DNA from: Burkholderiales bacterium
GTDB taxonomy: Bacteria > Pseudomonadota > Gammaproteobacteria > Burkholderiales > JALYOK01
Reading direction: 5' to 3'
Assembly (NCBI GenBank): GCA_046598945.1
Contig: JBKJHT010000050.1
Coordinates: 1,746-65,745 of the forward strand
DNA: 64,000 nt
This document shows positions 27,437-35,308 of the stretch, piece by piece. The notes beneath the pieces were generated by a model. It searched no databases and had not been told where the DNA came from. It worked only from the letters and a program-made list of their open reading frames with translations. How positions within the stretch are numbered: position 1 is the first letter of the stretch; every line of letters begins with the position of its first letter. Both the position numbers and the translations under genes were made by a program.

Positions 27437-28012
27437 TCAGTTAAGTAACTTAGTTACCGCAATCACCTGTTCGGCCGCATCCGCCAGACGGATATTTCGA
27501 TCCATCGCCATTTTGCGCAACGCGCGAAACGCCGTCTCTTCATCCCAGCGCCGCTGTTTCATTAACAGCCCCTTCGCACGCTCGATTTGCTTGCGCTCGC
27601 CAATCTCAGCTTTGCTCTGGGCCAATTCCAATTGCAACGCCTGATACTGGTTAAAGCGGGCGACCGCCACATTCAAAATCGAATGCACTCGAGAGCTCTC
27701 CAAGCCATCGACCACATAGGCCGTCACCCCGGCGCGCACCGCCGCCTCGATGGTGTTTGAATCTTGCGCTTGCGTGAACAGCACGATGGGCTTGGGCTGA
27801 TTTTGGCTGACGACACAAATGTGCTCCAAACTATCGCGGTCTGGCGAATCCATGCTGATAACAATCACATCCGGTTTGTGGCGCTCGACTTGTGCAAGGA
27901 TATTGATGGTGCCGCCCAGCGTTGCCACCACGATATGGCCAGCCGCTTGCAAACCCTGACGAAGGAGCTCGGCGCACTCTGTTGACTCATCGACTACCAT
28001 TACCCGAAGCAT
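27437..28012 (-). CDS. nasT: ANTAR-domain response regulator / antiterminator (NasT-like)
   Basis: 191 aa. REC-like N-terminus (MLRVMVVDES...) and C-terminal ANTAR (ERAKGLLMKQRRWDEETAFRALRKMAMDRNIRLADAAEQVI). Confidence 0.85.
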   Translation of the reverse strand: MLRVMVVDESTECAELLRQGLQAAGHIVVATLGGTINILAQVERHKPDVIVISMDSPDRDSLEHICVVSQNQPKPIVLFTQAQDSNTIEAAVRAGVTAYVVDGLESSRVHSILNVAVARFNQYQALQLELAQSKAEIGERKQIERAKGLLMKQRRWDEETAFRALRKMAMDRNIRLADAAEQVIAVTKLLN

Positions 28013-28377
28013 GCATTTATTTCGCGACTAAACGGCTATGCAACCCTATGAGCAACATTTATGCCATCGCGCGAAGCTAAAACAAATACACGTCACGCCT
28101 GTGTAAGCCGTCAGCGCTCGTCGGTCAGCACGCCGCTGCAACGCACTAATTTGACGCAAACGCACGACAATTGCACAGACTTAATGCCGGAGGTGTAACA
28201 ATGCACACAAGCATGGAAGGGGAAATGGTGGCTACCGAAGTTGCGGCAGAAATGTTCGTTGGCCTGGATTCCGTGCGCCGCGTTGCAAACTTCAGACCGG
28301 TGGCAGCACTAGGTTACGAATAGTCAAAAGCACATCAAGCCAGGAGGCGCATGGGTGTTTGCTCTCAAGCTGTGCAT

Positions 28378-28409
28378 CGCCACGACACAAGCTGGGCGCG
28401 GCGCTTGGC
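28378..28409. repeat. 32-nt dispersed repeat, second copy
   Basis: See 8508-8539. Confidence 0.7.
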
Positions 28410-28450
28410 AATGCCCTTAGAAAAATGTTGCGTTAGCGTGACATAAGTGT

Positions 28451-28467
28451 GGCCCTAGGCTACCCGG
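28451..28467. repeat. REP-family core
   Basis: GGCCCTAGGCTACCCGG. Confidence 0.5.
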
Positions 28468-29153
28468 CAAGTGCTGACGGCGCCTTGATACTTGGCGAAA
28501 AAGGCCCCCTGTCTTGTCGTCGTGCGTTCAGGATGACGTAAGCAACGTGTCCGTAACTCGCACGGCCCACAAACGCTTTGCGCGCCCTAAAACTTGTGAT
28601 GCACCCGACCCGTCATCGTGCAGTTCGTACCGTTGGAGTACAACGTTTGTCCTGCGGGACAAATGCACGTATTCGCTTTGTGGTCGTAGTGGAAATGTTG
28701 GGGCCGGAACTTACCCTGTGGTTTGGCCGGACGCTTGTCCTGCAGCGGATGGGGGTTGGCTTTGTATTTGCTCTGATCGGCAAAGCGTTCATCACGCTGA
28801 CGCATGCCGTTGTCGGCAATCAGCGCATCGATCTTGCGTTCAGCGAGTGCCTTTAGGTTTGCTTCACTATGATAACCGGCGTCTGCAGTGATAAGTGAAG
28901 TGCCATTCAATTAAGGCTGAATGGCTTGGACAACCGGAATCAGTCGTTCCTGCTCACTACCCGTGCCGTGGGCCTGGGCATCAACGATGATCTGGTGTTT
29001 GGCGTCCACCGTAGCGACACCACAGTAGCCTTGTATGACGCCCTTAGAGGTGGCCATTTTGGCACTTTCATTAGTGGCTGGCCCTAGCGGTACCTTCGCA
29101 GATTGTTTGTTGAGCCGATGCCTCGAGTGTGGTGTGCGAGAGCCCGTGAGCAT
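28458..29153 (-). pseudogene. IS1182/IS5-like DDE transposase remnant (5'-truncated, two in-frame stops)
   Basis: Track ORFs 28911-29153 (...ATSKGVIQGYCGVATVDAKHQIIVDAQAHGTGSEQERLIPVV) and 28587-28910 (..TSLITADAGYHSEANLKAL...) are one frame split by TAA. After the stop at 28587 the frame continues GAQSVCGPCELRTRCLRHPERTTTRQ. The N-terminal part of the transposase is missing. Confidence 0.75.
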
Positions 29154-29207
29154 TGATGTTCGTTTGATTTGTTGGCTCGTCGGGATAATTCGTGGGTAGA
29201 TTCTGGC

Positions 29208-29663
29208 TTACTTTCGCATTCTTCGCTGGTTGAGAAATTGGTATAGCTTGCGGCAAGTCGCGTCGAATGCGTTCTGTGCCGACTCAGTGATGCACGTCCA
29301 GATGAGCGGGCCGCCGTCCTCCTCGATGAGATTGAATAGCAGGTCTTGGACGGGTTGCTTGGCAAGGTCGGGGTCGTCGTGGCGGCGGCGGATGATCTCG
29401 CCACCGAGCATTTGAAGATGATCACGGTGACGGGCGAGAGTCTTATCGGCCAGGTCGTGTTGTAGCAGATCGATCAGAAAGGGGTGGATGGAATCGATGA
29501 GACGTTGGCCGATGGCGACATCGCTGTGCTCAATCTTCCAGAGTTCTGGCCAGTTCGCCAAATCCGGGCAGAGTTTGTCGAGGGCGGAGCCCCCGGCCTG
29601 GATAATCGTGCGCTCATCCATTCGCCGACCGTTGACTGCCATGCTGCTCACCCGCCTGCTCAA
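29208..29663 (-). CDS. hypothetical helical protein (5' end possibly replaced by antisense ISL3 sequence)
   Basis: 151-aa track ORF: ...LCPDLANWPELWKIEHSDVAIGQRLIDSIHPFLIDLLQHDLADKTLARHRDHLQMLGGEIIRR... No family recognised. The first ~8 codons (29641-29663) are antisense to the ISL3 tnpA 5' end. Confidence 0.45.
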   Translation of the reverse strand: MSRRVSSMAVNGRRMDERTIIQAGGSALDKLCPDLANWPELWKIEHSDVAIGQRLIDSIHPFLIDLLQHDLADKTLARHRDHLQMLGGEIIRRRHDDPDLAKQPVQDLLFNLIEEDGGPLIWTCITESAQNAFDATCRKLYQFLNQRRMRK

Positions 29664-29945
29664 TGCCTGTCATCACTTCCCCGGCTTCGTCTACGAGGGC
29701 GCGAGGCTTGATGAAGCCACCAAGACCATCGAGATTCAGGTGCGGCCGCGGCGCGGCTCCAAGCCCTGCTGCTCGGGTTGTAGCAAGTCGGCCTCGGGCT
29801 ACGATCGACTGCCTGAGCGGCGCTTCGAGTTCATTCCCATGAGGGGCTTCGCCGTGCTGTTACTGTACAACATGCGCCGCGTACAATGCGCCGCCTGTGG
29901 GGTGAAGGTCGAGGAAGTACCGTGGGCCATGGGCAAGCAAACGAC
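29641..29945 (+). pseudogene. ISL3-family transposase, N-terminal ~100-codon fragment
   Basis: MLLTRLLNACHHFPGFVYEGARLDEATKTIEIQVRPRRGSKPCCSGCSKSASGYDRLPERRFEFIPMRGFAVLLLYNMRRVQCAACGVKVEEVPWAMGKQTT is the ISL3 zinc-finger N-terminus. Similarity stops near 29945. The remainder of track ORF 29488-30138 is not transposase-like. Confidence 0.75.
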
Positions 29946-30896
29946 GCCCGCTTTGCGCGTGAAGAGTTCGTTGGCAAGACTCGTCCTCCCCTCCGCTAAC
30001 AACCAATCGATGATCTCGAACGGAAAGTACCGGCTCCCGTCCAACGCGCTCATGTACTCGGCGATGAGGCTTTCATTATTGGAAAGTGAGAGTATCTCGG
30101 TCAGGAGTTTACGTTTGATCTCGCTTGATGGAGACTGACGAATCTGCTCTGCAAGAATTTGAATATGGCTAGTCACAAGCTGCCTGTAGTCGCTAGACTC
30201 AAGCAGTCCGCTAGCTTGAAGCAAAGGGCGCAGTTTGTATGGAAACGATTTCCAAGTTTGGGCCGCCTCAAAGTACATCGAGACCAAGCTATCGCGGGGG
30301 CCTGCGAGCTCCAAAATCTGGCTAAGAACTCGTTCCCTGTGCTGGACAAAATTTGGAATATCCGAGCGAAGAAATCCAATCTGCGTACGAAGTTGCTCTC
30401 GGTACTTTAGAGAATTTCCCAACGCCCTGTAGATCGAGCCGATCAGCTCGAAAGCTTCAATGCCTAAAGGTGCTGCTTCATTCGCAAGAGCAAGGGCGTG
30501 TTCCTGCGCTCCCGCGCTATAAAGTTCGCGTGCCCGCTCCAGCTTTGATTCAGCTTCATACCTCCAGCGATTGGCATACTGTTCTCTCTGTCGTTCGAGG
30601 AAAGCCTCGTTCTGTTCCTCGAGCCGCTCTGCGTCGCGTTCTTTCCGGGATTGCCGCTCCTTCTCGGCGGCCCACTGCTGCTCTTCATCTCGGTAGCGCT
30701 GCGCCTCTTCTCGGTCGCGTTGCTCTTCATCTCGCTCTCGTTGTCGCGCGTCAGCCTCATCATGTCGGCGCTGCTGCTCATCGAGCAGATCGTCCTGCCG
30801 GCGCTGCTGAGCCTCGTCCGCTTTTGCTTGCCGCGTGCAAGCAGGGCACATTCCTGATCCAACCCAGGTGAATTCGGCACCGCACGCACAAATCAT
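29799..30896 (-). CDS. zinc-ribbon / highly charged coiled-coil / helical-domain protein, 3' end replaced by antisense ISL3 sequence (probably truncated)
   Basis: N-terminus MICACGAEFTWVGSGMCPAC (CxC-x11-CxxC), ~100 aa of E/R/Q/D-rich sequence, then a helical domain. The last 48 codons (29802-29945) are the reverse complement of the ISL3 fragment, so the native part is 29946-30896. No family recognised. Confidence 0.5.
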   Translation of the reverse strand: MICACGAEFTWVGSGMCPACTRQAKADEAQQRRQDDLLDEQQRRHDEADARQRERDEEQRDREEAQRYRDEEQQWAAEKERQSRKERDAERLEEQNEAFLERQREQYANRWRYEAESKLERARELYSAGAQEHALALANEAAPLGIEAFELIGSIYRALGNSLKYREQLRTQIGFLRSDIPNFVQHRERVLSQILELAGPRDSLVSMYFEAAQTWKSFPYKLRPLLQASGLLESSDYRQLVTSHIQILAEQIRQSPSSEIKRKLLTEILSLSNNESLIAEYMSALDGSRYFPFEIIDWLLAEGRTSLANELFTRKAGVVCLPMAHGTSSTFTPQAAHCTRRMLYSNSTAKPLMGMNSKRRSGSRS

Positions 30897-30987
30897 GATG
30901 ACTCGGCTCCATAGGAAGCGAATGGAGTTTTCAAAGGCCCCTTTTCGCTAAGTTAGGACTGTATCGCTGCCCCGACGGGCAGTCAAT

Positions 30988-31044
30988 CACACGTGTGGCG
31001 GGTGAAAACTCGCCCTTGCGCGGGGTTGTTCGCGCCGTTGATGA
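30988..31044. repeat. ~57-nt repeat shared with the region just downstream of the IS91 transposase remnant (49229-49287)
   Basis: CACACGTGTGGCGGGTGAAAACTCGCCCTTGCGCGGGGTTGTTCGCGCCGTTGATGA versus GACACGCGTGTGTCGAGTGGAAACTCGCCCTTCCGCGGGGTTCTTAGGGCCGTTGATCA. About 85% identity by eye. Confidence 0.6.
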
Positions 31045-31142
31045 TATATTTTATCGGCGCCCCTACCTAGATTTCCCCTCCTCCACCGATTGAGCTTGCA
31101 CGAAATGATCATTTCGTCTATATTGATCATTAGGAGATCACT

Positions 31143-31388
31143 ATGCGCACCATTTCAGCAACCGAAGCCAAACAACGTTTTGCCGCCATGCTCGATGCCG
31201 TCCAGCGCGAGCCGGTGGAGATTCGACGACAAGACCGGCTTGCCGCCGTATTGATCTCGCCGGAAGAGTACGATCGGCTACGTGGGCTAGCCGTCTCTGA
31301 GTTCCAGCGTTTTTGCGACCAGATCGGTGAGAAAGCCGTTGCTCGCGGTTTGACGGAGAAAAAACTGGCCACCCTCCTGGCGCGCTGA
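31143..31388 (+). CDS. Phd/YefM-family type II antitoxin
   Basis: 81 aa, MRTISATEAKQRFAAMLDAVQREPVEIRRQDRLAAVLISPEEYDRL. Its stop overlaps the toxin ATG (TGATG). Confidence 0.85.
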   Translation: MRTISATEAKQRFAAMLDAVQREPVEIRRQDRLAAVLISPEEYDRLRGLAVSEFQRFCDQIGEKAVARGLTEKKLATLLAR

Positions 31389-31801
31389 TGCCTAGAGCGC
31401 GCGTTGTCGTTGACACGAATGTCCTGATCAGCCGCCTCCTGCTTCCCAGTTCAGTCTCCGCGCGTGCGGTACGCTACATCGTCGAACATGGGCAATTGCT
31501 TGCCTCCGATGCCACACTGAGTGAACTCGCCGAGGTTCTGTCACGTGATAAATTTAACCGCTACGTCGATCTGGCAGATCGGCATGAATTCTTTCGGCAA
31601 CTTGTGCGCGTAGTGGAGCGAATACCCATCACACATATCGTGCATGCGTGTCGCGATCCCAAGGACGACAAATTTCTTGAGCTTGCCGTAAATGGCAACG
31701 CAGATATGATCGTTACAGGTGATCAGGATTTGTTGGTGCTCTCGCCGTTTAAGAAAATTCCGATCATCACACCGGCAAGTTATTTAGAACGGCCGGCGTA
31801 A
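31388..31801 (+). CDS. PIN-domain toxin (PIN_3 / TIGR00305-type)
   Basis: 137 aa. VVVDTNVLISRLL, DPKDDKFLELAVNGNADMIVTGDQDLL: the acidic PIN residues are present. Confidence 0.85.
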   Translation: MPRARVVVDTNVLISRLLLPSSVSARAVRYIVEHGQLLASDATLSELAEVLSRDKFNRYVDLADRHEFFRQLVRVVERIPITHIVHACRDPKDDKFLELAVNGNADMIVTGDQDLLVLSPFKKIPIITPASYLERPA

Positions 31802-31844
31802 TGAAGGTTCACCGTCCGTCCTTCTTTTGACGCGACCGTTCATG

Positions 31845-31868
31845 TTGCACAAACATTCGTTTGTGCAA
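31845..31868 (+). terminator. perfect 10-bp hairpin downstream of the PIN gene (no U-tract)
   Basis: TTGCACAAAC-attc-GTTTGTGCAA. Confidence 0.35.
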
Positions 31869-31905
31869 GTCGCAGCCCGTGGCACATATTCAACGACAAT
31901 CATGT

Positions 31906-31943
31906 CTTAACGTGCGTAAATTTCCGTTTCTTGAAGTGACCCC
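31906..31943 (-). mobile_element. Tn3-family 38-bp terminal inverted repeat, copy 2 (outer GGGG at 31943, interior towards lower coordinates)
   Basis: The minus strand reads GGGGTCACTTCAAGAAACGGAAATTTACGCACGTTAAG. It has the canonical GGGG start and ACGTTAAG end of Tn3-family IRs. Confidence 0.8.
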
Positions 31944-32448
31944 AATTTGAGCGTGGCGCTGTAGTTGCTTATCGGCATCGGCGATTTGAGAATTGAATAA
32001 GTGCATTGATAATCGAAGTCGGATAGCGTGAGCAATTGTTCTCGAATGAGTGCGCCACGCCTTGCGCATGAAAACGCAGTGACTATTACCACTACATTCC
32101 AGGCGTGAGAATAACATGATTTCGACGAACTGCGGCAGCGCAAACGCCACCTTGAAATAGCGATTTCTAAGCAAATAAACGGATCGGCGGCAGACGTTTC
32201 GAATAGATCGCCGCGACGCCCATCCAGCGCGGCTGCAGGCGATGCCTGGCCTGTGAGGCGCATAGATACTCGCTTGTGGCGCAAACGAAAATTCGCGTCC
32301 AATGCCAACTAGCGATAAGATGCGGATTGATCGCTGTCCGCCAATGGTCGATTTAAAGGTTGGTTTAGAATTAACCCCACGTGTGCATGAACGACAATCT
32401 CATCAATCCGCACGAATAAATTCTTAGACTATTTAAAACCCTTACTTT

Positions 32449-32865
32449 ATGAATTTTCAGATGCTTACAATCAAAACTAAATTCATTTTATTTGTATTAT
32501 TTTTCTCAGCATTCTCAACCACGAACGCAGCCGACGACAATCATGCAAGCCTAGACGCGCGGTTTTGGGGTACCTGGGAAGGCAGTTGGCTTGAAGGTAT
32601 GAGCAGTGGGAAAGCAACGCTTGAGCTCAAGGACGGGAATAGCGAATTGACCTTTACCGCTCGACCGGCTTTCGGAACACAGCCCGTTTCGATCACGAAG
32701 ATTAACGGCAACGAAAAACAACTGGGATTTCACACGGTCGGCGCGGATGGCCACGTGATGCGCTTTGATTTGAAGCCGAGCAAGGATTACCAGAAACTCA
32801 AGGGAAAAGCTTTTTACGACAACTTGCACATGGAGCTGGAGCTATCCCGTGCGCCAAGTAAGTAG
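32449..32865 (+). CDS. small secreted protein of unknown function
   Basis: 138 aa. AT-rich 5' end. Signal peptide MNFQMLTIKTKFILFVLFFSAFSTTNA. Beta-rich mature part. No family recognised. Confidence 0.5.
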   Translation: MNFQMLTIKTKFILFVLFFSAFSTTNAADDNHASLDARFWGTWEGSWLEGMSSGKATLELKDGNSELTFTARPAFGTQPVSITKINGNEKQLGFHTVGADGHVMRFDLKPSKDYQKLKGKAFYDNLHMELELSRAPSK

Positions 32866-32895
32866 GAGAAGAGATGTTCGCTTCTCCCCGTTGAC

Positions 32896-33294
32896 TCATT
32901 GGTTAGGATCGGGCGGGGGTTTGAGGCTGGTGATGTAGCGCGCCAGGCCCATCAGTTGTTCATCGCTGAGGGTGCCGCCAAATGAGGGCATCGGTGCTTT
33001 TCCCTTGACGATGCGCTCAATCACGCGAGCGAAATCCAAGCCGGTGCCTGCCAATTGCGGGCCGTCGCCACGCTGCATCCCACGTCCTAAGTGGCAAGCC
33101 GAGCAGCGGGTGGAAAATAACGTCTTCACATCAATTCCGAATTCCGCTTTCGCTGCGGCAAAGGCTTCTTCCGGCGTCAGGCTTTGCGGCGCCGGGGGAT
33201 CGGCTGCCACGCTTTGAGTCGCCATGCCTACGCCGGCTGTTAGCGTGATCGCCATAACAATCTTTTTGAAATACTTGGTAGGCATAAAATTCAT
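32896..33294 (-). CDS. class I c-type cytochrome (probable electron acceptor of the adjacent PQQ dehydrogenase)
   Basis: 132 aa. Signal peptide, single CSACH, distal Met in KGKAPMPSF. Confidence 0.8.
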   Translation of the reverse strand: MNFMPTKYFKKIVMAITLTAGVGMATQSVAADPPAPQSLTPEEAFAAAKAEFGIDVKTLFSTRCSACHLGRGMQRGDGPQLAGTGLDFARVIERIVKGKAPMPSFGGTLSDEQLMGLARYITSLKPPPDPNQ

Positions 33295-33313
33295 CTCTCT
33301 ATCTGTGACATGA

Positions 33314-33343
33314 AAAGGGCGAGGGATTTCTCCCTCGCCCTTT
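33314..33343 (-). terminator. 13-bp GC-rich hairpin followed by a T-run, between the PQQ dehydrogenase and cytochrome c genes
   Basis: Minus strand AAAGGGCGAGGGA-gaaa-TCCCTCGCCCTTT then TCATG. Could be a partial terminator or an mRNA-stability element. Confidence 0.5.
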
Positions 33344-33366
33344 AACGCGATACTGCTTACGTTGGT

Positions 33367-35094
33367 TTACGGTAGCGCAAACACAATCAGGTTACCACCT
33401 TCAGAAGACATGCTGGTGAAGGGCTCGCCGAACAGCGGAGCGTAGTTACCGGAAACATGGCTACCCCAGCCGGTCACGACAGCGACATACTGCTTGCCGT
33501 TCACAGCGTAGGAGATTACGCCACCGTGATGGCCGAGGCCATTGTTGTGGCTCCACAATTTCGCACCGGAATTCGCATCGAGAGCATCAAACATGCCATC
33601 AGCGCCCGGTACGAACACTAAGTTACCCGCAGTCGACAGCAGGCTGGCGAGCGGTGGGTACTTGTAGTGAACTTCCCATTTTGCAACACCGGTGATCGGG
33701 TCACGACCGGACACATGGCCGAATGCTTTTTGGCCTTCCGGATGGGTGGCCGTCCAGCTAGCAGCAAAGTAAGTCTGGCCGGAGAAGTCTTTCGGACGAT
33801 CGGCTTTAACCACGTCGATGTCATAGCACCACTCTTGACCCACTTTGTAGAACAAGCCGGTTTTCGGGCTGTAAGAGCCTGCGTTCCAGCTTATGGCGCC
33901 GTCAATTGCCGGGCAAACGTTCTTATGCATGCCAAGCGGTAATTCACGACGTCCCTGCAACTCACCCGTCTTGCTTACGCCTTTGATGTAGTTGAAGGTC
34001 TTGCCCAAGATCCAAGTGTTTTCGACTTTGCTCAGGTCAGCGCGGTCATACACGAACACGATACCGCCCTTGTTCGGATGCACGACCAGTTTCTTCCCAC
34101 CACGGTCGATCATCATGAACTCGCCCACGGCGCTGTCGAAGTCCCATGCATCATGGGGCATTTCTTGGAAGTAGGACTTCAGCTTGCCGGAGTCTGCATC
34201 CAGCGCAATAACGGACGAGCTATACAGGTTTAAACCGGGGCGCGCGCCTTCGGTTTTCCAGTTTTCGCCGGCCCAATCGTAATCGGGAGCCGGGTTAGCG
34301 GTGCCCCAAAATACGGTATTGGTTTCCGCGTCATAGTTACCCGTCATCCAACCGCCGCCGCCACCGATTTTCCAGCTATCGTTGCCCCAGCTTGCGCGAG
34401 AGGCTTCGTCGCCACCGATGGTGTCGAATTGCCATGCCATTTTACCGGTTTTAGCATCGACGCCAAAGATCGGGCCGCAGCAGCCAGACAATTCACCGCC
34501 ATTGGAACCAATAACGACATTTCCTTTAACCACCAGCGGTGCGCCGGTGAAGCCCTTGTTGCCTTTTTCAACCGTCATCAGCATGGTGTCCCACACTTGT
34601 TTGCCGGTATTCATGTCAACAGCGATCAGACGACCGTCGATGGTGCCCATGTAAACGTTGCCATGGCCGATCGCCACGCCGCGGTTGTAGGGGTTGTAGA
34701 ACGTACCCATGCCACGCTCTTCGTCGATTTTCGGCGTGAATTTCCACTTATGGGCGCCGGTTGCGGCGTCCAAAGCATAAATTTGACCCAAGGACGACGT
34801 GTAATACAACACGCCGTCAGCAACGATCGGGAACGATTGAATACCACGCTTACCAGCACCAGGCGTGTGCATCCATGCGATTTGCAGGTCTTGCACGTTA
34901 CCGGTGTTGATCTGAGTCAACCCACTGTGATGATAGCTACGAAAATCCTGGTGATACATCAACCAGTTATTCGGGTCTTTATGGGCATTTAACAAACGAT
35001 CCCATGTGACATCTGCTGCGCTCGCTTGACCGAGCACTGCAGCAAATGCTGCGCCGGCCGTGAGTCCAAGCGCGAATTTGCTCAACTTCTTCAT
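33367..35094 (-). CDS. PQQ-dependent dehydrogenase, methanol/ethanol family (atypical: no CCD..NRG vicinal Cys pair, has SGCCGP)
   Basis: 575 aa. Signal peptide. Eight-bladed propeller W-motifs. GTANPAPDYDW. PHDAWDFDS. FYNPYNRG sits where CCDxxNRG is expected. Confidence 0.85.
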   Translation of the reverse strand: MKKLSKFALGLTAGAAFAAVLGQASAADVTWDRLLNAHKDPNNWLMYHQDFRSYHHSGLTQINTGNVQDLQIAWMHTPGAGKRGIQSFPIVADGVLYYTSSLGQIYALDAATGAHKWKFTPKIDEERGMGTFYNPYNRGVAIGHGNVYMGTIDGRLIAVDMNTGKQVWDTMLMTVEKGNKGFTGAPLVVKGNVVIGSNGGELSGCCGPIFGVDAKTGKMAWQFDTIGGDEASRASWGNDSWKIGGGGGWMTGNYDAETNTVFWGTANPAPDYDWAGENWKTEGARPGLNLYSSSVIALDADSGKLKSYFQEMPHDAWDFDSAVGEFMMIDRGGKKLVVHPNKGGIVFVYDRADLSKVENTWILGKTFNYIKGVSKTGELQGRRELPLGMHKNVCPAIDGAISWNAGSYSPKTGLFYKVGQEWCYDIDVVKADRPKDFSGQTYFAASWTATHPEGQKAFGHVSGRDPITGVAKWEVHYKYPPLASLLSTAGNLVFVPGADGMFDALDANSGAKLWSHNNGLGHHGGVISYAVNGKQYVAVVTGWGSHVSGNYAPLFGEPFTSMSSEGGNLIVFALP

Positions 35095-35308
35095 ATCTGC
35101 CTCCAGTATGTTTATAGACGTACTACCTTGAATGAATTACTTCTAAAATAATTGCCGTGGAGTACTTACACTGCTTTTTTGTGGCTTCCGCCTTTGCGAC
35201 GTGACCAAAACTACGACTGACGCTATAGGCTTTGGTTCATTGCACCCGTACTATATGCTCTCCCTAGGCTGGTTTCAAGTGGGATGACAGGACAATTCTT
35301 CTTGCGGT

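Noticed and set aside
28201-28323. 40-codon ORF MHTSMEGEMVATEVAAEMFVGLDSVRRVANFRPVAALGYE with a GGAGG SD 7 nt upstream
   Set aside because: It is an isolated short ORF in a repeat-rich spacer with no recognisable family. It could be chance or a fragment of a lost gene.
29488-30138. 216-aa track ORF as a full ISL3 transposase gene
   Set aside because: Only codons from ATG 29641 to about 29945 are ISL3-like. The upstream part is antisense to ORF 29208-29663, and the downstream part is antisense to the Zn-ribbon protein gene.
1350-31943. Idea that the two Tn3-type IRs delimit one 30-kb composite element
   Set aside because: The IRs are in direct, not inverted, orientation. The interval contains core genes (nadB, nnr, moaC, soxXYZAB) with host-like composition.
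31944-32448. Non-coding 0.5 kb right of the Tn3 IR, with track ORFs 31890-32174(-) and 31907-32308(-)
   Set aside because: The translations are low-complexity, lack motifs and overlap the IR. This is probably degraded DNA at the insertion hotspot. No RNA-gene signature recognised.
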